From Anaerolineales bacterium (GTDB lineage: Bacteria; Chloroflexota; Anaerolineae; Anaerolineales; E44-bin32), in assembly GCA_046259355.1 (NCBI GenBank), contig JBJYWH010000366.1, positions 1-35,547 on the forward strand: a DNA stretch of 35,547 nucleotides, written 5' to 3'. The translations under genes and the position numbers were made by a program. The notes under the pieces were generated by a model, which was not told the origin of the DNA, did no database searches, and was given only the letters and a program-made list of their open reading frames with translations. Positions within the stretch are counted from its first letter, which is position 1. Every line of letters starts with the position of its first letter. Shown here piece by piece: positions 27,893 to 35,547 of the stretch.

Positions 27893-27917
27893 CAGATCAA
27901 GATTCAGGAGAAGCGGA

Positions 27918-29156
27918 ATGAAATCTGACCTCGATCGCATCATGGAAGAGTCGAACATCAACGCCCTGCTCGTACGCGGTCCGGCGATGCACAACCCATC
28001 GATGTCCTACTTCCTGGGACTGCATCATGTCTCGCGCGGCTACCTGCTGAAGATGCGCGATGCCGAACCGGTCCATTTCCACGACCCCATGGAGCGCGAG
28101 GAAGCTGCCGCCAGCGGGCTCAGGACCGAGAGTCTGTACGACTACGGCAACATGGAGTTCCTCGAGCAAACCGGCGGCGATGTCAACCTGACGAACACCA
28201 TGCTGCTCGAGCGCATCTTCACCGACTTCAAGGTCAGTGGACGGGTTGCCGTCTACGGCTACGCGGAGCTCGGCCCTGCCTACAGCACCCTCAAGCTGCT
28301 GCAGGAGAGAATGCCGGCGATCGAGCTGGTCGGCGAGGATTTCAACCGCTCCGTGCTGATGCAGGCCCGCTTGACGAAAGATGAGCAGGAGATCGAGCGC
28401 ATCCGGGCGATGGGCAAGATCACCGTCGCCGTCGTGGCCGACGTCGCCGGCTTTCTCACTTCGCACGCCGTCAAGGACGGTTACCTTGTCGATCGGAGCG
28501 GGAATCGGCTGACGGTCGGAAGCGTGAAGCAGAAGATTAACTTATGGCTGGCGATGCGCGGTGCCGAGAACCCGGAGGGCACGATCTTCGCCATCGGCCG
28601 GGATGCCGGCATTCCGCACAGTGCCGGTGCGGATGAGGACGAGATTCCGGTCGGCGTGCCGATCGTCTTCGACATCTTCCCCTGTGAAGCCGGCGGCGGC
28701 TATTTCTATGATTTCACCCGCACGTGGTGCCTTGGGTATGCGCCGGACGAGGTGGCAAAACTGCACGCGGATGTGCTCGATGTGTTCAACGCGGTCTCCA
28801 AATCACTCCGTTCGGATACGCTCTGCCGGGAGCACCAGAAGCAGACCTGCGAGTTATTCGAAGCCATGGGACATCCGACCGTGCTTTCAAATCCCAAGAC
28901 GACCGAGGGCTACGTCCATTCGCTCGCCCATGGCCTGGGCTTGAATGTACACGAATCCCCTTCCTTCACAAATATCGAGGGCAACCAGGACCGGCTGCTG
29001 CCAGGGATGGTGTTCACCGTAGAACCGGGCTTGTATTACCCCGAGCGCGGCATGGGCGCCCGCATCGAGGATACCGTCTGGATTCGGCCGGATGGCCGGG
29101 TGGAAACGCTGGTCGACTTTTCGAAGGAACTTGTCCTGAAAATGCCTGCCATGTAA
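27918..29156 (+). CDS. M24 family Xaa-Pro aminopeptidase-like metallopeptidase
   Basis: DIFP...DFTRT, HSLAHGLGLNVHE, TVEPGLY and RIED metal-ligand motifs; AGGAG RBS. Confidence 0.92.
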   Translation: MKSDLDRIMEESNINALLVRGPAMHNPSMSYFLGLHHVSRGYLLKMRDAEPVHFHDPMEREEAAASGLRTESLYDYGNMEFLEQTGGDVNLTNTMLLERIFTDFKVSGRVAVYGYAELGPAYSTLKLLQERMPAIELVGEDFNRSVLMQARLTKDEQEIERIRAMGKITVAVVADVAGFLTSHAVKDGYLVDRSGNRLTVGSVKQKINLWLAMRGAENPEGTIFAIGRDAGIPHSAGADEDEIPVGVPIVFDIFPCEAGGGYFYDFTRTWCLGYAPDEVAKLHADVLDVFNAVSKSLRSDTLCREHQKQTCELFEAMGHPTVLSNPKTTEGYVHSLAHGLGLNVHESPSFTNIEGNQDRLLPGMVFTVEPGLYYPERGMGARIEDTVWIRPDGRVETLVDFSKELVLKMPAM

Positions 29157-29180
29157 GCTGTTTGGCCGGGAGCCAAAGCG

Positions 29181-30215
29181 ATGGATGAATCCACACGCAT
29201 ACTCGGTATTGAGACCTCCTGCGACGAGACGGCGGCGGCGGTGGTGGAGAACGGGCGCCAGATTCTCAGCAGTATCGTGGCATCCCAGATCGCACTGCAT
29301 GCCCCCTTCGGCGGTGTATATCCAGAAGTCGCATCCCGGGCGCATATCGAGCAGATCGAGGGTGTCGTTTCCCGCGCGCTTTCCGAAGCCCACGTCGGCC
29401 TGGAATCGCTGGACGCGATTGCCGTCACGCGCGGCCCAGGCCTGGCGGGCTCACTGGTCGTCGGCGTCAACATGGCCAAGGGCCTGGCCATGGGAGCCAG
29501 CCTGCCCCTGATCGGCGTCAACCACCTCGAAGCGCACCTTTACTCGCTCTGGTTGATCGAAGATGAGCAGGAACCGGAATTCCCCCTGCTGGGATTGATC
29601 GTCTCGGGCGGACATACCGAACTCGTGCTGATGCAGGATCACCTGACCTATGAGCGCCTGGGAGCCACGCTGGATGATGCCGCCGGCGAAGCCTTCGATA
29701 AAATCGCCCGCCTGCTGGGATTGGGCTACCCGGGCGGGCCGGCGATCGAGAAAGCCGCCGAAGGCGGCGATCCGAAAGCCTTCGAGTTCCCGCGCGCCTG
29801 GCTGGAGGAGAGCTGGGATTTCTCCTTCAGCGGTTTGAAAACGGCGGTGCTGCGGGAGGTGCGTGAACTCGAGCCGGATCTCGAGGCGGGGGTTGAGGCT
29901 CCTTCCCGCGAACTGCCGATCGCCGATCTGGCCGCGTCCTTCCAGGCGGCCGTTGTCGACGTCCTGGTTGGAAAAACCCTTTCCGCCGCCGATGAAATGG
30001 GCGCCCGCCATCTGCTCGTGGCGGGCGGCGTCTCGGCTAACCGGGCGCTACGGACATCCTTCCTTGCCCGCTCCAAGCTGCCCGTCCACGTACCGCCCAT
30101 CTCCCTGTGCACCGACAACGCCGCCATGATTGCAGCCGTCGGCCACCGGCGTTTCCTGTCCGGGCAGCGCGACGCGCTCGACATCGACGTGCTGCCAAAC
30201 TGGCCGATTGCCTGA
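29181..30215 (+). CDS. tsaD: tRNA N6-adenosine threonylcarbamoyltransferase
   Basis: ILGIETSCDET, HLEAH, VSGGHT, DDAAGEAFDK, FSFSGLKT and CTDNAAMI motifs. Confidence 0.97.
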   Translation: MDESTRILGIETSCDETAAAVVENGRQILSSIVASQIALHAPFGGVYPEVASRAHIEQIEGVVSRALSEAHVGLESLDAIAVTRGPGLAGSLVVGVNMAKGLAMGASLPLIGVNHLEAHLYSLWLIEDEQEPEFPLLGLIVSGGHTELVLMQDHLTYERLGATLDDAAGEAFDKIARLLGLGYPGGPAIEKAAEGGDPKAFEFPRAWLEESWDFSFSGLKTAVLREVRELEPDLEAGVEAPSRELPIADLAASFQAAVVDVLVGKTLSAADEMGARHLLVAGGVSANRALRTSFLARSKLPVHVPPISLCTDNAAMIAAVGHRRFLSGQRDALDIDVLPNWPIA

Positions 30216-30402
30216 CCGCGCCTCGCGCGGCCGCAGACAGCATCAGGGGATTTCCCGAAGGACGATAAAGCGCCCGGTTTCTTCCTCCCGCTCGGTTTCG
30301 ATCCTCGGCGGGGAGAAACGAACCCGGCCGCTCATCTCCCTCCCCCGGCTTCCCCGCCGCGAATTCCCTGATTTTCGTCCAGAACTGGCGTGAGACATGC
30401 GA

Positions 30403-30453
30403 GTGACAACAATCGCCCCTGCCGGTATACTTTGATTGTGAAGATTGACGCAA
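30403..30453 (+). promoter_or_regulatory. cyd operon promoter with candidate Rex operator
   Basis: GTGACA (30403-30408), 17 bp, TATACT (30426-30431). TTGTGAAGATTGACGCAA (30436-30453) resembles TTGTGAA-N4-TTCACAA with 3 mismatches. Confidence 0.55.
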
Positions 30454-30497
30454 TATCCATACGTGTCCGGTTGAGAACCGCATAGGGAGAGCCAATC

Positions 30498-31862
30498 ATG
30501 GTCGAAGTCGCCCTGGCCCGGTGGCAGTTTGCCATAACCTCTGTCTACCACTTTTTCTTCGTCCCGCTGACACTTGGGCTTTCCATCCTGGTCGCGTTGA
30601 TGGAAACCGTCTACGTCCGCACCGGGGATGAAACCTACAAGCGCATGGCGAAATTCTGGGGCAAGCTGTTCCTGATCAACTTCGCCATGGGGGTTGTGAC
30701 CGGGATTGTCATGGAATTTCAATTCGGTATGAACTGGTCAGAGTATTCGCGCTTCGTCGGTGACATCTTCGGTGCCCCGCTTGCCATCGAAGCCCTGCTG
30801 GCATTTTTCCTTGAATCGACGTTCCTGGGCATCTGGGTCTTCGGCTGGGAGCGGCTGTCGAAAGGCCTGCACGCCGCGACGATCTGGCTGGTGGCGATTG
30901 GTTCGAACTTATCTGCTCTGTGGATTTTGATTGCTAACTCCTTCATGCAGGAGCCGGTCGGCTACGGCCTGGCGGACGGCAACCTGGTGATGACCGACTT
31001 CTTCACCCTGCTCGGCAACCCGCACGTCTGGGTCCAGTTTCCGCATGTGCTCGCCTCCGGGATGACCACGGCGGCCTTCTTCGTGCTGGGAATCAGCGCT
31101 TACAACCTGCTGCGCGGGAATCGTGAAGAGCCGCTCTTCCGCCGCTCCTTCCGCTGGGCTAGCGTGTACGGGATCGTCGCGGTAGCGCTGGTGATCGTGA
31201 TCGGGCATTCCCAGGCACAGCATATGGTCCAGGCCCAGCCGATGAAGATGGCCGCCGCCGAGGCGCTCTGGGAAACCTCCGATCCGGCTCCGCTTTCCCT
31301 GCTTACCATTGGCGACCTCTCGGGAACGCGCGAGGTTTGGTCGATCCGAATTCCGCGCCTGTTGAGCTTCCTTGCCTACAACCGATTTGACGGCCAGATC
31401 ATCGGCCTGAACGATCTGCAGCGAGCGTACGAAATGCAGTACGGGCCCGGAAACTACGTCCCGCTCCTTCCCATTACCTACTGGACATTCCGCCTGATGG
31501 TCGGTGCCGGCTTCCTCATGCTGGGGCTGGCCGGATACGCTCTCTACCTGGTCATACGCAACCGCTTCCCCAACCCGGGGCGGCTCTTCCGCTGGCTCCC
31601 GCTGGCGATCGGGCTACCGTACCTGGCCAATACGACCGGCTGGCTTCTCACCGAATTGGGACGCCAGCCCTGGATTGTCTTCGGCCTGCAGAAGACGGCC
31701 GATGCTTCCTCGCCGAACGTCAGCACCGGCATGCTGATCTTTTCAATCGTCTGCTTCACCCTGATCTACGGCTTATTAATGGCACTCGACATTTACTTGC
31801 TCGCTCGAAATGCACGGCCGACGGCCGAACAAGAACCCGCCGAATCGGCCGCAGCAGCCTGA
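30498..31862 (+). CDS. cydA: Cytochrome bd ubiquinol/menaquinol oxidase subunit I (short Q-loop type)
   Basis: ARWQFA...YHFFFVP, EFQFGMNWS, AFFLES, QPMKMAAAE, FRLMV and ELGRQPW motifs. Confidence 0.97.
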   Translation: MVEVALARWQFAITSVYHFFFVPLTLGLSILVALMETVYVRTGDETYKRMAKFWGKLFLINFAMGVVTGIVMEFQFGMNWSEYSRFVGDIFGAPLAIEALLAFFLESTFLGIWVFGWERLSKGLHAATIWLVAIGSNLSALWILIANSFMQEPVGYGLADGNLVMTDFFTLLGNPHVWVQFPHVLASGMTTAAFFVLGISAYNLLRGNREEPLFRRSFRWASVYGIVAVALVIVIGHSQAQHMVQAQPMKMAAAEALWETSDPAPLSLLTIGDLSGTREVWSIRIPRLLSFLAYNRFDGQIIGLNDLQRAYEMQYGPGNYVPLLPITYWTFRLMVGAGFLMLGLAGYALYLVIRNRFPNPGRLFRWLPLAIGLPYLANTTGWLLTELGRQPWIVFGLQKTADASSPNVSTGMLIFSIVCFTLIYGLLMALDIYLLARNARPTAEQEPAESAAAA

Positions 31863-31886
31863 TCCACCACTGCCAGGAGGGACCTG

Positions 31887-32900
31887 ATGGACCTCAACAT
31901 ACTCTGGTTCGTTCTCATCACAGTCCTCTTTATTGGATTTTTCTTCCTGGAGGGTTTCGACTACGGCGTCGGCATCCTGCTGCCGTTCCTTGCGCACGAC
32001 GATAGGGAACGACGCATGATCATCAACACCATCGGACCCTTCTGGGATGGAAACGAGGTCTGGCTGATTACAGCCGGCGGCGCGATGTTCGCTGCCTTCC
32101 CGCACTGGTATGCCAGTTTATTCAGCGCGCTGTACATTGCGCTCATCCTGATGTTGATGGCATTGATCGTGCGCGGCGTAGCCTTCGAATTTCGCAGTAA
32201 AGTCGAGGATCCTCGCTGGCGGCGGACATGGGATTGGATGCTTTGCCTGGGAAGTGCCATCCCGGCACTTCTCTGGGGTGTGGCGATGAGCAACCTGCTC
32301 CAGGGGCTGCCGATCGACGCCTCCATGACCTACACCGGCGGATTCTGGAACCTGCTCAACGGCCATGCCCTGGTTTCAGGGCTTGCTTCCCTGGTCATTT
32401 TCGCACTGCATGGCGCGGTCTTTCTCACCATCAAGCTGGATGACCCCCTCAAGTCGCGCGCCTTTGATGCCGCCTGGCGGCTCTGGCCGATCGCGCTGGT
32501 CGTGGGTATGTTTGCGGTGGGCGGTGGGTATTTCGTCTCGGATATGTACGAGCGGCTGGGTATCGGTCCCGGCGTGATCCCGCTCAGTGCTGGAGCCGCC
32601 ATGCTCAGCGCCGGCTGGTTCATCCGGAAGCGGCAGGGCGGTTGGGCATTCATCCTGACCGGAATTTGTATCGTTTTTTCCACACTGACCATTTTCCGTG
32701 GACTCTACCCTCGCGTCCTGATTTCCAGCCTCAATCCGGATTGGAGCCTGACGATCTACAACGCCGCCTCATCGAACTACACGCTGCGCACGATGTCGAT
32801 CATCGCCCTGATCTTCCTTCCGGTGGTGCTGGCCTATCAGGGCTGGTCCTACTATGTATTCCGGGGCCGCATCTCACACGAGTCCAGCCTGGAGTACTGA
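31887..32900 (+). CDS. cydB: Cytochrome bd oxidase subunit II
   Basis: LEGFDYGVG, IGPFWDGNEVWL and RGVAFEFR motifs; AGGAGG RBS. Confidence 0.97.
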   Translation: MDLNILWFVLITVLFIGFFFLEGFDYGVGILLPFLAHDDRERRMIINTIGPFWDGNEVWLITAGGAMFAAFPHWYASLFSALYIALILMLMALIVRGVAFEFRSKVEDPRWRRTWDWMLCLGSAIPALLWGVAMSNLLQGLPIDASMTYTGGFWNLLNGHALVSGLASLVIFALHGAVFLTIKLDDPLKSRAFDAAWRLWPIALVVGMFAVGGGYFVSDMYERLGIGPGVIPLSAGAAMLSAGWFIRKRQGGWAFILTGICIVFSTLTIFRGLYPRVLISSLNPDWSLTIYNAASSNYTLRTMSIIALIFLPVVLAYQGWSYYVFRGRISHESSLEY

Positions 32901-32956
32901 ATGCCGAGCCCGGATACCTGGCGCGGTAAGACGTTCAAAACCAATCAGGCCCTGCT

Positions 32957-34681
32957 TTGAGAATTGAACGCCGACTGATAGCGTCCACGCGGCCGGCGGC
33001 ACCCCGGCTCGCCCTGACGATCCTGTTCAGCCTCGGCGGGGCGTTGATCACCGTTCTTCAAGCCCTCCTGCTGAGCCGGGTCGTCACAGGGATCTTCCTC
33101 CACGACCACAGCCTGGTCGAAAACATCTCTCTTCTCATGTATTGGACTCTCCTGGCATTGCTGCGCGTGCCTCTCCATGTCGCCCGATCAGGTTTTGCGC
33201 AGTCAGCGGCAAGCGAGATTAAAGGGGAACTGCGCGCTCGCCTGACATCGAAGCTGGCCCGCCTTGGCCCCCAATGGCTCAGCGACCAGCGCAGCGGGGA
33301 ACTGCTGAACACGCTGACGAATGGGATTGAGGCCCTCGATGCCTATATCGGCGGCTATTTACCACAGCTCGTCCTGGCTGGCACCGTACCCATGCTCATG
33401 CTTGTCTTCCTGGCACCCATCGACCCAATCTCGGCACTGGTATTGCTGATTACCGCCCCGCTGATCCCCCTGTTCATGGTCCTGATCGGCGATATGGGCG
33501 AGCGCATGACCCGTCAGCGCTGGCGCACGCTTGGCCGGTTGAATGCCATTCTGCTCGATACGCTGCAGGGACTGCGGACCTTGAAGCTCCTGGGCCAGGC
33601 ACGAGCCCAGCGGGATCGCATCGCCAGCGCCAGCGAGGACTTCCGGCGATCGACCATGGATGTCCTGCGCGTGACGTTCCTCTCGGCGCTGATCCTGGAG
33701 TGGGTGGCAATGCTGGGAACGGCGGTCGTTGCGGTCGAGATCGGGCTGCGGGTCCTGTACGGGCGGCTTGGTTTCGAGCCGGCATTCTTCATTCTGCTTC
33801 TCGCTCCGGAGTTCTACGCACCCCTGCGCACCCTGGGGATGCGGTTTCACGCCGGCATGACCGGTTTCGAAGCCGCCGGGCGTATATACGGCCTGCTGGG
33901 AGAAGAGCGATCCAGGCCATCTGGCGCTGGAATGCCACCAGCTCTTTCACACGGGATTGCCTTCGAAGGGGTGACGTTCAGCTACCCGGATCGCCGCCAG
34001 GACGCCCTCGACGACATCAACCTCAGCCTGCGCGCAGGTGGGCACCTGGCGATTCTCGGCCCCAGCGGCTGTGGAAAGACCACCCTGACGAAATTGCTGC
34101 TGCGCTTCATCGAACCGGACGCCGGCCGGGTTGTGGTGGATGGCAAACCCCTCGACTCGATCGATCCGGATGCCTGGCGGGAACAGATCGCATGGATGCC
34201 GCAGAATCCCCACCTCTTCTCGGTCAGCGCCCTCGAAAACATCCGCCTGGCCCGGCCGGATGCTTCCTGTGAGCAGGTCATCGAGGCAGCCCAAGCAGCC
34301 GGGGTCCATCAGGATCTGCTCGCGCTTCCCGATGGGTACGAAACACCCCTGGGTGAACGCGGCTTCCGGTTGAGCGCGGGTCAGATCCAGCGGGTGGCGC
34401 TCGCCAGGGCACTCCTTAAGCAGGCAGCGCTTCTCATCCTCGATGAAGCGACGGCCAATCTCGATGCACTGACCGAAGCCGCGCTTCTCGTTCACCTGAA
34501 AGCGCTGCTCTCTGGTCGCACAGCCTTCATCATCACCCACCGCATCGAGACCGCCCGCCTGGCCCAGGATGTGATTTTCATGAACGCAGGGCGGATCATC
34601 CAATCGGGTTCACATGCCGAGCTTCTAGGCCAGGAAGGGCCCTATGCCCGGCTGGCATCCGCATCAAGGGGCGGCGGGTGA
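32957..34681 (+). CDS. cydD: CydDC ABC exporter subunit CydD
   Basis: YLPQL, APLIPLFMVLIG, TMDVLRVTFLS, LAPEFYAPLR.LG.RFH and Walker A GPSGCGKT; TTG start. Confidence 0.93.
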   Translation: MRIERRLIASTRPAAPRLALTILFSLGGALITVLQALLLSRVVTGIFLHDHSLVENISLLMYWTLLALLRVPLHVARSGFAQSAASEIKGELRARLTSKLARLGPQWLSDQRSGELLNTLTNGIEALDAYIGGYLPQLVLAGTVPMLMLVFLAPIDPISALVLLITAPLIPLFMVLIGDMGERMTRQRWRTLGRLNAILLDTLQGLRTLKLLGQARAQRDRIASASEDFRRSTMDVLRVTFLSALILEWVAMLGTAVVAVEIGLRVLYGRLGFEPAFFILLLAPEFYAPLRTLGMRFHAGMTGFEAAGRIYGLLGEERSRPSGAGMPPALSHGIAFEGVTFSYPDRRQDALDDINLSLRAGGHLAILGPSGCGKTTLTKLLLRFIEPDAGRVVVDGKPLDSIDPDAWREQIAWMPQNPHLFSVSALENIRLARPDASCEQVIEAAQAAGVHQDLLALPDGYETPLGERGFRLSAGQIQRVALARALLKQAALLILDEATANLDALTEAALLVHLKALLSGRTAFIITHRIETARLAQDVIFMNAGRIIQSGSHAELLGQEGPYARLASASRGGG

Positions 34682-35547
34682 GCACATTCCGGAGGCTCCT
34701 GCGACTGAGCCTGCCCTACAGCGGGCAGATGCTGCTGGCCATCATCCTCGGCATCGGTACGGTCGCAGCAGGGGCCGGCCTGCTCTCAACCTCGGCCTAC
34801 CTGATCGCGCGCGCCGCCCTGCAGCCATCCATCGCCGATCTGCAGGTCGCGATCGTCGCGGTGCGCGCCTTTGGCCTGGCGCGTGGTGGACTGCGCTACG
34901 TCGAGCGGCTGACAACCCATTCGGCCGCGTTCCACACCCTTTCACGGCTGCGGCTCTGGTTCTATGACCGGCTGGAACCGCTGGTGCCGGCCGCACTCAG
35001 CCAGGTGCATTCTGGTGACCTGCTGGCTCGCATCACCGATGACATCGAGACGCTGGACGACTTCTTCGTGCGCGCGCTGGCTCCGCTCGGCGTCGCGTTG
35101 GGCTCCGCTGTCGCCGGTGGGCTGTTTATGGCCCAGTTTGACCCGGGACTGGGGCTCGAATTGGCCGGCGCCTTCCTGCTGGGTGGAATGATCGTCCCCT
35201 CGATTACATTTACAGCCGGCCGCCGAACGGGGCCCAAGCTCATCGCGCTTCGCGCCCAGCTCAAAGTCGTCGAACTTGACCTGCTCCAGGGCATGCCGGA
35301 CCTTCTCCTCGCTGGTGCAGTGGAACGCCAGCAGGTCAGGCTGGCAGAACTGGAAGACGAGCTTGCCACACAGCAGAGGCGCGAAGCCCTCTGGCGTGGG
35401 TTCGCCGAGGCAATTCCGGCGCTCCTGGGTGAGTTGACCGTCCTGGTTTTCATCCTGACGCTGACTCCGCAAATTCGAGCAGGCTCGCTGGCGGGAATCA
35501 TGCTTCCGACCCTGCTGCTCGCCGCGATCGCCGCCTTCGAAGCGATC
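34678..35547 (+). CDS. cydC: CydDC ABC exporter subunit CydC (truncated by window end)
   Basis: GTG at 34678 overlaps the cydD stop; translates to ...LLSTSAYLIARAA...VRAFGLARGGLRYVERLTTH, a CydC signature. Confidence 0.92.
   Translation, partial: MSTFRRLLRLSLPYSGQMLLAIILGIGTVAAGAGLLSTSAYLIARAALQPSIADLQVAIVAVRAFGLARGGLRYVERLTTHSAAFHTLSRLRLWFYDRLEPLVPAALSQVHSGDLLARITDDIETLDDFFVRALAPLGVALGSAVAGGLFMAQFDPGLGLELAGAFLLGGMIVPSITFTAGRRTGPKLIALRAQLKVVELDLLQGMPDLLLAGAVERQQVRLAELEDELATQQRREALWRGFAEAIPALLGELTVLVFILTLTPQIRAGSLAGIMLPTLLLAAIAAFEAI

Noticed and set aside
26732-27994. 420-aa - strand ORF
   Set aside because: Antisense shadow of selA with no protein family features.
32901-32956. Possible cydX/cydS small subunit between cydB and cydD
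   Set aside because: Only a 9-codon non-hydrophobic ORF is present, and short Q-loop bd oxidases generally lack CydX.
1-35547. Selenoprotein (in-frame UGA) or tRNA-Sec suggested by selA
   Set aside because: The TGA-terminated CDSs I could assign look full-length for their families; no split redox-motif ORF or tRNA cloverleaf was seen by eye.

Overview
GC-rich (by eye) bacterial chromosomal segment, densely coding, with about 37 CDSs. Gene content (RodZ-RimO, small SWIM protein, LCP with LytR_C domain, split NadE) suggests Chloroflexota/Anaerolineae; this is an inference. The left ~6 kb is a + strand run of accessory enzymes: two DinB proteins, GNAT, SDR, DAO-type oxidase, a methyltransferase and an unannotated 56-aa membrane protein. 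A - strand block follows with a flippase-like protein and FAD oxidoreductase, SWIM Zn-finger protein, HAD, moaA, rimO, rodZ-like, rplI, rimI-like, SPFH/NfeD and a YghO/bCerS-like acyltransferase. Next is a + strand operon: degenerate Lgt, nitrilase + nadE, an unknown enzyme, ATL, NTP transferase and PAP2. The window ends with LCP and ABC-F (-), then selA, M24 peptidase, tsaD and cydABDC (+, cydC cut by the window edge). I found no rRNA, tRNA, CRISPR array or mobile element. Most of the window is ordinary housekeeping DNA. The best leads are an attenuator-like leader (promoter, uORF, terminator) upstream of the SWIM gene, a ceramide-synthase-like gene next to NfeD/SPFH, an Lgt paralog lacking catalytic residues, and a possible lipid-related enzyme cluster. 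All family assignments come from motif recognition, not database searches.
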